A stretch of 64,000 bases of DNA, from contig NC_042997.1 of assembly GCF_006345805.1 (NCBI RefSeq), positions 32,612,001 through 32,676,000 on the forward strand. The letters run 5' to 3'. Position 1 is the first letter of the stretch; each line of letters starts with the position of its first letter. Of this stretch, positions 40,834 to 52,000 are shown piece after piece. Under the pieces are notes generated by a model, which saw only the letters and a program-made list of their open reading frames with translations, did no database searches and was not told where the DNA came from. The position numbers and the translations under genes were made by a program. Source of the DNA: Octopus sinensis (Eukaryota).

Positions 40834-43800
40834 TGTCTGTGTTTGTTCCTCAATACCACTTGACAACCAGAGTTGGTATGTTTACATCCCCGTAACTTAC
40901 TGGTTTAGCAAAAGTGATTGATAGAATAAGTACTAGGTTTACAAACAAAACTAAGTCTTGGGGTTGATTTGTTCAACTAAAACCCTTCTAAGTGGTACTC
41001 CAGTATGGCTGCAGTCAACTGACTAAAACAAGTAAAAGAATAAACAAAAATGTAAATATATATAATAATAAAAAAGCAACAAGAAAAGAACAAGACCTCG
41101 ATATTAGAGAAATAGAGGATTATTCACATATATTATAATTTAGATAATAAGAGTAGAAATAAATATTACTAAATAATACTGTTAAACAATATCAATTTCA
41201 ACTAGAGGTCAGCATACTTAAAAACGTCCGAGGACCAAGAGTTTTATTTAAACATGTAAAAGGCTGTCATTATAGTACTCAGAGTTTCAAGTACTATTAT
41301 GACAGCCTTTTACTGTTTGTTCTAAATTATAACAAATATATATATATATATATATAAAATAATATGTTACATTACTCAATAGTCAAGATAAAACTCTGAG
41401 TTTCAGATGCCGAAGTGGGAATCCACAACGCCATCTCTTCGGTTATCTAGCATTTTCAAATAGCCAGATAACCGAAGAGATGGCATTGTGGATTCCCACT
41501 TCGGCATCTGAAACTCAGAGTTTTATCTTGACTATCGAGTAATGTAACATATTATTTTATAGATAAATTTCCACTATTTACATAATATTGAGGTCTCTTT
41601 CTTTCTTTTGTTATCTTACCGTTTTACCAATATATAATCGAGTGCGACGATTTGAAAATTTTAGGTCAGATATTGACTTGGCAAGATTGGGTATGCCTCG
41701 TGTATATATCTGTCCCGACTTGAGCTATTTCTTGCTGAAGAATCCGAGGGCTTATGGAGGATTGGCTTGATTTAATTTAATCAGTTAGTTTACCATTAAA
41801 CAGCGGATGAAACGGTATACCGTACAAGAAATTACAGGGTAAATGTTTTTTTAATTTTCTCCTGTTTACGGAATTAATCTTTATTTGCGGTAGAAGCTTT
41901 GGCTGTTGTTTCTAGTGGGTGAATGGCCTATTATGGCCGTTCCTTAATTGTTAATGTTGAACTTAAAAATGGTCTATGACTATTTAATTTTTTCCCACTG
42001 GGCCGCTGGTGGCAATAAAATTCTACAAAATTTTCCTTGCCACCCTATATTGATTAATTATGAATTTTTTGGTTAATTCCGTAATGGAATCGACGGCTGA
42101 TATCTATTTGCTGCCGATAAATTTGGCGCGAGTGCGACGATTTGAAAATTTTAGGTCAGATATTGACTTGGCAAGATTGGGTATGCCTCGTGTATAATAT
42201 CTGTCCCGACTTGAGCTATTTCTTGCTGAAGAATCCGAGGGCTTATGGAGGATTGGCTTGATTTAATTTAATCAGGTTAGTTTACCATTAAACAGCGGAT
42301 GAAACGGTATACCGTACAAGAAATTACAGGGTAAATGTTTTTTTAATTTTCTCCTGTTTACGGAATTAATCTTTATTTGCGGTAGAAGCTTTGGCTGTTG
42401 TTTCTAGTGGGTGAATGGCCTATTATGGCCGTTCCTTAATTGTTAATGTTGAACTTAAAAATGGTCTATGACTATTTAATTTTTCCCACTGGGCCGCTGG
42501 TGGCAATAAAATTCTACAAAATTTTCCTTGCCACCCTATATTGATTAATTATGAATTTTTTGGTTAATTCCGTAATGGAATCGACGGCTGATATCTATTT
42601 GCTGCCGATAAATTTGGCGCGAGTGCGACGATTTGAAAATTTTAGGTCAGATATTGACTTGGCAAGATTGGGTATGCCTCGTGTATATATCTGTCCCGAC
42701 TTGAGCTATTTCTTGCTGAAGAATCCGAGGGCTTATGGAGGATTGGCTTGATTTAATTTAATCAGGTTAGTTTACCATTAAACAGCGGATGAAACGGTAT
42801 ACCGTACAAGAAATTACAGGGTAAATGTTTTTTTAATTTTCTCCTGTTTACGGAATTAATCTTTATTTGCGGTAGAAGCTTTGGCTGTTGTTTCTAGTGG
42901 GTGAATGGCCTATTATGGCCGTTCCTTAATTGTTAATGTTGAACTTAAAAATGGTCTATGACTATTAATTTTTTCCCACTGGGCCGCTGGTGGCAATAAA
43001 ATTCTACAAAATTTTCCTTGCCACCCTATATTGATTAATTATGAATTTTTTGGTTAATTCCGTAATGGAATCGACGGCTGATATCTATTTGCTGCCGATA
43101 AATTGGCGCGAGTGCGACGATTTGAAAATTTTAGGTCAGATATTGACTTGGCAAGATTGGGTATGCCTCGTGTATATATCTGTCCCGACTTGAGCTATTT
43201 CTTGCTGAAGAATCCGAGGGCTTATGGAGGATTGGCTTGATTTAATTTAATCAGGTTAGTTTAACATTAAACAGCGGATGAAACGGTATACCGTACAAGA
43301 AATTACAGGGTAAATGTTTTTTTAATTTTCTCCTGTTTACGGAATTAATCTTTATTTGCGGTAGGAGCTTTGGCTGTTGTTTCTAGTGGGTGAATGGCCT
43401 ATTATGGCCGTTCCTTAATTGTTAATGTTGAACTTAAAAATGGTCTATGACTATTTAATTTTTTCCCACTGGGCCGCTGGTGGCAATAAATTTCTACAAA
43501 AATTTCCTTGCCACCCTATATTGATTAATTATGAATTTTTTGGTTAATTCCGTAATGGAATCGACGGCTGATATCTATTTGCTGCCGATAAATTTGGCGC
43601 GAGTGCGACGATTTGAAAATTTTAGGTCAGATATTGACTTGGCAAGATTGGGTATGCCTCGTGTATATATCTGTCCCGACTTGAGCTATTTCTTGCTGAA
43701 GAATCCGAGGGCTTATGGAGGATTGGCTTGATTTAATTTAATCAGGTTAGTTTACCATTAAACAGCGGATGAAACGGTATACCGTACAAGAAATTACAGG

Positions 43801-46800
43801 GTAAATGTTTTTTTAATTTTCTCCTGTTTACGGAATTAATCTTTATTTGCGGTAGAAGCTTTGGCTGTTGTTTCTAGTGGGTGAATGGCCTATTATGGCC
43901 GTTCCTTAATTGTTAATGTTGAACTTAAAAATGGTCTATGACTATTTAATTTTTTCCCACTGGGCCGCTGGTGGCAATAAAATTCTACAAAATTTTCCTT
44001 GCCACCCTATATTGATTAATTATGAATTTTTTGGTTAATTCCGTAATGGAATCGACGGCTGATATCTATTTGCTGCCGATAAATTTGGCGCGAGTGCGAC
44101 GATTTGAAAATTTTAGGTCAGATATTGACTTGGCAAGATTGGGTATGCCTCGTGTATATATCTGTCCCGACTTGAGCTATTTCTTGCTGAAGAATCCGAG
44201 GGCTTATGGAGGATTGGCTTGATTTAATTTAATCAGGTTAGTTTACCATTAAACAGTGGATGAAACGGTATACCGTACAAGAAATTACAGGGTAAATGTT
44301 TTTTTAATTTTCTCCTGTTTACGGAATTAATCTTTATTTGCGGTAGAAGCTTTGGCTGTTGTTTCTAGTGGGTGAATGGCCTATTATGGCCGTTCCTTAA
44401 TTGTTAATGTTGAACTTAAAAATGGTCTATGACTATTTAATTTTTTCCCACTGGGCCGCTGGTGGCAATAAAATTCTACAAAATTTTCCTTGCCACCCTA
44501 TATTGATTAATTATGAATTTTTTGGTTAATTCCGTAATGGAATCGACGGCTGATATCTATTTGCTGCCGATAAATTTGGCGCGAGTGCGACGATTTGAAA
44601 ATTTTAGGTCAGATATTGACTTGGCAAGATTGGGTATGCCTCGTGTATTATCTGTCCCGACTTGAGCTATTTCTTGCTGAAGAATCCGAGGGCTTATGGA
44701 GGATTGGCTTGATTTAATTTAATCAGGTTAGTTACCATTAAACAGCGGATGAAACGGTATACCGTACAAGAAATTACAGGGTAAATGTTTTTTTAATTTT
44801 CTCCTGTTTACGGAATTAATCTTTATTTGCGGTAGAAGCTTTGGCTGTTGTTTCTAGTGGGTGAATGGCCTATTATGGCCGTTCCTTAATTGTTAATGTT
44901 GAACTTAAAAATGGTCTATGACTATTTAATTTTTTCCCACTGGGCCGCTGGTGGCAATAAAATTCTACAAAATTTTCCTTGCCACCCTATATTGATTAAT
45001 TATGAATTTTTTGGTTAATTCCGTAATGGAATCGACGGCTGATATCTATTTGCTGCCGATAAATTTGGCGCGAGTGCGACGATTTGAAAATTTTAGGTCA
45101 GATATTGACTTGGCAAGATTGGGTATGCCTCGTGTATATATCTGTCCCGACTTGAGCTATTTCTTGCTGAAGAATCCGAGGGCTTATGGAGGATTGGCTT
45201 GATTTAATTTAATCAGGTTAGTTTACCATTAAACAGCGGATGAAACGGTATACCGTACAAGAAATTACAGGGTAAATGTTTTTTTAATTTTCTCCTGTTT
45301 ACGGAATTAATCTTTATTTGCGGTAGAAGCTTTGGCTGTTGTTTCTAGTGGGTGAATGGCCTATTATGGCCGTTCCTTAATTGTTAATGTTGAACTTAAA
45401 AATGGTCTATGACTATTTAATTTTTTCCCACTGGGCCGCTGGTGGCAATAAAATTCTACAAAATTTTCCTTGCCACCCTATATTGATTAATTATGAATGT
45501 TTTGGTTAATTCCGTAATGGAATCGACGGCTGATATCTATTTGCTGCCGATAAATTTGGCGCGAGTGCGACGATTTGAAAATTTTAGGTCAGATATTGAC
45601 TTGGCAAGATTGGGTATGCCTCGTGTATATATCTCTCCCGACTTGAGCTATTTCTTGCTGAAGAATCCGAGGGCTTATGGAGGATTGGCTTGATTTAATT
45701 TAATCAGGTTAGTTTACCATCAAACAGCGGATGAAACGGTATACCGTACAAGAAATTACAGGGTAAATGTTTTTTTAATTTTCTCCTGTTTACGGAATTA
45801 ATCTTTATTTGCGGTAGAAGCTTTGGCTGTTGTTTCTAGTGGGTGAATGGCCTATTATGGCCGTTCCTTAATTGTTAATGTTGAACTTAAAAATGGTCTA
45901 TGACTATTTAATTTTTTCCCACTGGGCCGCTGGTGGCAATAAAATTCTACAAAATTTTCCTTGCCACCCTATATTGATTAATTATGAATTTTTTGGTTAA
46001 TTCCGTAATGGAATCGACGGCTGATATCTATTTGCTGCCGATAAATTTGGCGCGAGTGCGACGATTTGAAAATTTTAGGTCAGATATTGACTTGGCAAGA
46101 TTGGGTATGCCTCGTGTATATATCTGTCCCGACTTGAGCTATTTCTTGCTGAAGAATCCGAGGGCTTATGGAGGATTGGCTTGATTTAATTTAATCAGGT
46201 TAGTTTACCATTAACAGCGGATGAAACGGTATACCGTACAAGAAATTACAGGGTAAATGTTTTTTTAATTTTCTCCTGTTTACGGAATTAATCTTTATTT
46301 GCGGTAGAAGCTTTGGCTGTTGTTTCTAGTGGGTGAATGGCCTATTATGGCCGTTCCTTAATTGTTAATGTTGAACTTAAAAATGGTCTATGACTATTTA
46401 ATTTTTTCCCACTGGCCGCTGGTGGCAATAAAATTCTACAAAATTTTCCTTGCCACCCTATATTGATTAATTATGAATGTTTTGGTTAATTCCGTAATGG
46501 AATCGACGGCTGATATCTATTTGCTGCCGATAAATTTGGCGCGAGTGCGACGATTTGAAAATTTTAGGTCAGATATTGACTTGGCAAGATTGGGTATGCC
46601 TCGTGTATATATCTGTCCCGACTTGAGCTATTTCTTGCTGAAGAATCCGAGGGCTTATGGAGGATTGGCTTGATTTAATTTAATCAGGTTAGTTTACCAT
46701 TAAACAGCGGATGAAACGGTATACCGTACAAGAAATTACAGGGTAAATGTTTTTTTAATTTTCTCCTGTTTACGGAATTAATCTTTATTTGTGGTAGAAG

Positions 46801-47344
46801 CTTTGGCTGTTGTTTCTAGTGGGTGAATGGCCTATTATGGCCGTTCCTTAATTGTTAATGTTGAACTTAAAAATGGTCTATGACTATTTAATTTTTTCCC
46901 ACTGGGCCGCTGGTGGCAATAAAATTCTACAAAATTTTCCTTGCCACCCTATATTGATTAATTATGAATTTTTTGGTTAATTCCGTAATGGAATCGACGG
47001 CTGATATCTATTTGCTGCCGATAAATTTGGCGCGAGTGCGACGATTTGAAAATTTTAGGTCAGATATTGACTTGGCAAGATTGGGTATGCCTCGTGTATA
47101 TATCTCTCCCGACTTGAGCTATTTCTTGCTGAAGAATCCGAGGGCTTATGGAGGATTGGCTTGATTTAATTTAATCAGGTTAGTTTACCATTAAACAGCG
47201 GATGAAACGGTATACCGTACAAGAAATTACAGGGTAAATGTTTTTTTAATTTTCTCCTGTTTACGGAATAATCTTTATTTGCGGTAGAAGCTTTGGCTGT
47301 TGTTTCTAGTGGGTGAATGGCCTATTATGGCCGTTCCTTAATTG

Positions 47345-47375
<31 letters not shown>

Positions 47376-47861
47376 TGAGAGAGAGAAAGAGGGGCAAGAG
47401 AGGGGACAGAGTGAGGAAGAAATTAGCAAAAATGTTAAGCGATATACTAATTCATACTTTTAAGATCTGGTATGCCATATCCTCTCCTCAGAACAATCTG
47501 GAACACTTCCAAACTGCTTATATAAGCAGCAAGTCTTGACAGGCTTTGCTTGCCGCTTCCTCCGACACCAATCAAAAGGGCGTTTCCTCGAGGACTTTCC
47601 AGGATGCGGTTGATTCGACAGATATGAGTCATAGCATCTTCAAACAGAACCAGATTCATGACAGCGTTGAGTTCGTTGTAACTGTCCAATGTTTCTTTTA
47701 GTATTGCACTGATACTGTTCCAGTCGGACACTGGTAAGTACTTAGCATCACCTATACCTTGGGTAAAATGGCAATACAGTAACGGTTTCTTCGTCAGAGC
47801 TGATTCATCAATTTCCTGTAAGGGATAGGAATTAAAATTATTCATTTTGTATTTTTCCATT

Positions 47862-47917
<56 letters not shown>

Positions 47918-49021
47918 CGTGTGTGTGTGTGTATGTGTGTGTGAAATGACAACAACAGTGGTGGTGGTGGTTGTGGTAGTGGTGGTCATGGCTATGGTGG
48001 TGATAATTCTGACGATGATGATAATGATGATTATGATGGTGATTATGATGATTATGATGGTGATTATGATGATTATCATAGTTGATAATCACAATAATGG
48101 ATATGTGTTCCCATTCATGTTTAAAATAACAATCACATGTGTTAAGGACTCAAATTTAAAGACAGCAAACCTTGTCCTGTACCAGAAACAAAATTCCAAA
48201 GACAAAAAAAAAATATCAATTGAATATCTTATTTGACCAACTAAAGATCTTGCTCAAATAAACCAAACCAAGAAGATACAATAATTAACCATTGCAACAA
48301 CAACAGCAACAGAAGCAGCAGCAACAGCAAGTGGAGGCGCAATGGCCCAGTGGTTAGGGCAGCGGACTTGCAGTTGGAGGATCGCAGTTTCGATTCCCAG
48401 ACCGGGCGTTGAGTGTGTTTATTGAGCGAAAACACCTAAAGCTCCACGAGAATCCGGCAGGGGGTGGTGGCAACCCGTGTTGTACTCTTTTGCTCCAACT
48501 TTCTCTCACTCTTTCTTCCTGTTTCTTGTCCCCGACTACCTACGCAACCGCTGATCCTGGATGCGCATTCATCCATCCATCAATGCTTTCTCTTCTGCGG
48601 GTCTTACGAATAGCAAAGAACCACGTTTCAAACTTCTCCCATCTTGTGAGCTCTGGGACAAAGACCGTTCGCTCAACAGCAGCAGCAACAGCAACAACAA
48701 CAACAAACCGCTTTGGCTTTCTCTTAACCTTGCAGTAGAAAGCAGTGAGTCATTCGTCTTAAGTGCTCTCCAAAATTGGCCTTCCCTGAAACTTTAGTAT
48801 TTTCTTCTCATAGCACACTAATATAATTGATTTTGTAAAACAATTTCTGGAACTGTTGGCACAGCTGTGTGGTAAGAAGTTTACTTCCCAACAACATGGT
48901 TCCAGGTTCAGTCCTACTGCATGGCACACTTAACAAGTTACTTCTATTATAGCCCAGGGCCAACCAAAGCTTTGTGAGTGAATTTGGTAGATGGAGACTT
49001 GAAAAATGTTTGTGTGCGCAT

Positions 49022-49061
<40 letters not shown>

Positions 49062-52000
49062 ATGTGTGTGTATGTCTGCTTATGTTTGTCACCCACCATC
49101 ACTTGACAATCAGTATTGGTGTGTTTACAGAATGAGTACCAATTTCTTTACTACCCACAAGGGGCTAAACACAGAGAGGACAAACAAGGACAGACAAATG
49201 GATTAAGTCGATTATATCGACCCCAGTGCGTAACTGGTACTTATTTAATCGACCCCGAAAAGATGAAAGGTAAAGTCGACCACGGCGGAATTTGAACTCA
49301 GAACGTAACAGCAGACGAAATACTGCTAAGCATTTCGCATGGCGTGCTAGCGTTACTGCCTGCTCACCGCCTTTACAGAATCAGTACTAGGCTTTAAAAA
49401 ATGTAAGTACTGAGGTCAATTCATTCAACTAAAAATTCTTCAAGGTGGTACCCCAGCATGGCCACAGTCTAATGACTGAAACAAGTAAAAGATAACAGAT
49501 TTTTGCTAATATAGACTACAAGTAGTTTCTTCATTTTCTGGTGTCTAATATCATTAATACAACAATGTATATTAAGGTTATTTCTTTAAAATAGTATTAT
49601 TAATTACAATTGCCGCGTGGAAGGTGTTTGTAAGCCATTTAAGAAACACACAAAAGCCGTTCGATTCACTTCAACATTTAAGTTTAATTTGTCAAAATAT
49701 TTTCGTCGCTATGAAATTTGATATTATTGTGATGAGTGGTCAGTCTACATTTATCCATCACTACATGTTTATAGCTTTAAGTTTATAGTGTGTATGTGCG
49801 TGCATATACACACACATACATACATATATACATACAAACATACATACACACAGGCGTATGTACGTACATACATACATACATGCATGCATGCTTACATGCG
49901 TGTATACATACATACACACATACATACGTACATATATATGACGAACTAACTGTTACTTTCTCAGATGCAGCACGGATTTTTGTCAGTGAACAGGTCGCGG
50001 ATTTTAGCGACGAAAATATTTTGACAAATTAAACTTAAATGTTGAAGTGAATCAAACGGCTTTTGTGTGTTTCTTAAATGGCTTATAAACACCTTCCACG
50101 CTGCAATTGTTTTCGTTCCAGCACACGATCTCAGATCAAATCACTTGCTATGCGAGTACATCTCTGTAAAGTATTATTAATTATTTTACCTCAAAACTTT
50201 TCTTGATAACATCTTTCTCAAGTTTCAAGTAGTTTGCTATATCTTTAGCATCAATCAGCTTATCACAGTAAACTCGTTGAGACTCATGAGTCCATAAGCG
50301 AATCAAATCCGTTGGAGTTTTGCAACATTCCGAAGAGGAGAATAATATCCCCTGGAAATATAGAAGTTTTAAACAATACTCAATCTTAACATTTTTATTC
50401 ATGGGTAACATCTGGGGGAAATCAATTAGGAAAGAGAAATAGGAAAATTAAAATGTAAGCATGTTTTTTTTTCTTAGAACATTAGGAGAATTAGCAAGTA
50501 CATCACCTAATAACTTATTAAAAAAAAGGATTTAAGTAGGTAATAATCAAATAACAAGAACACAACCTTCCTGCTTTAAAGTTGTTGTGACATTATAAAT
50601 ATAAGAATGGATGATAAACAAAGGCTTAAGCACAACATGCCATTAGATTGAAAAATATCAAATTATTAAAAAAATGTATCGGGAAAATTATGTAAGAATT
50701 TCCTTTTTATGACTATTTACTCCAGTTTTAAATAATAATAATAATAATAATAATAATTGTGTACAGTGCTCAGGTGCACTACAACTCATCTATTTCAGAT
50801 ATGGCTGTGTGATAAGAAGCTTGCTTCCCAAGTAAGTGGTTCTGGGTTCAGTCCCACTGCAAGTGTCTTCTACTATAGCCTTGAGCCAACCAAAGCCTTG
50901 AGAGTGAACTTAGTAGACAGAAACTGAAAGCTTGTCGTATGTGTATGTGTGTGTGTATGTATATATACATACATATCCCCGCTAAAGTCCTGAAGGAATG
51001 CCATTACCACCTCACATTCCACCTAGCCATTTTCTGGAGGAAATCACTAAATACTGGCTATATTCCTGATGGTTTCCATTCACAATCTTTCCAGTTTTCA
51101 AAAAGGGCAGCAAGTCCCAGGCAGCGAATTACAGACCTATCTCCCTTACTTCTCATCTTTTCAAATTATTTGAGAGAGTGGTGCGATCTAGAGTGACTCA
51201 CTTCCTGGAAAGCAACAACCTGTTTTGTTCCCAACCAGCATGATTTCCTTACACAGCTCCTGCATCATTTCGACGATATCCTAAAGGCCTTGGGTGAGGG
51301 ATCCAATGCAGATGTCATACATCTTGACTTCAGCAAGGCCTTTGACAAGGTTGACCACAACATCTTGTTAAAAAGACTCTCCAACATTGGAGTGCAAGGG
51401 AAGCTTCTAAAGTGGTTTAAATCCTTTCTGGTGAACAGAATGCAACATGTGGTGATCAATGGTGTTCAATCAAGCACAGAAAAAGTCATCAGTGGTGTCC
51501 CACAAGGCACCGTGTTAGGCCCACTCCTGTTCCTTATCTACATAAATGACATTATCAGGGTTGTTAAATACATCATCATCATCATCATCATCATCGTTTA
51601 ACGTCCGCTTTCCATGCTAGCATGGGTTGGACGGTTCAACTGGGGTCTGGCAAGCCCGAAGGCTGCACCAGGCCAGTCAGATCTGGCAGTGTTTCTACAG
51701 CTGGATGCCCTTCCTAACGCCAACCACTCCGAGAGTGTAGAGTATACAGTAATATAAATATTTTTGCAGATGACTCTAAGCTTCTGAAGGTTGTTGACAG
51801 GATTGGAGACCAGACAAATCTTCAATCGGACCTAGTTGCTGTTATCCAATGGGCACAGAAACATAATATGCAACTGAATGAGAACAAGTTTGAGTTAATC
51901 CAAAGGAATAGAAATCAATAAGAAGCATATATAAATCATTACACAGGTCAAGGTGATGCACAGAAAATTTAATAATTAAAATTTTTACCTGGAAGATATT

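Noticed and set aside
42770-42815. Hammerhead ribozyme in the array unit (CGGATGA-AACGGTATACCGT-ACAAGAAA)
   Set aside because: The core is mismatched, GAAA is not adjacent to the stem, and stems I and III cannot be formed.
42551-47164. Repeated 66-aa ORF as a tandem gene family
   Set aside because: It is short, has no recognisable domain, is broken by indels in several units and has no promoter or splice evidence. It is a by-product of the repeat.
41639-47348. Array as CRISPR, 5S rDNA or snRNA cluster
   Set aside because: There are no variable spacers or cas genes and the context is eukaryotic. I recognised no 5S, Sm-site or tRNA box pattern on either strand.
47447-48236. Poly-I/T/H N-terminal extension of the 210-aa ORF and the overlapping ORFs
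   Set aside because: This is microsatellite upstream of the true acceptor at 47816-47817.
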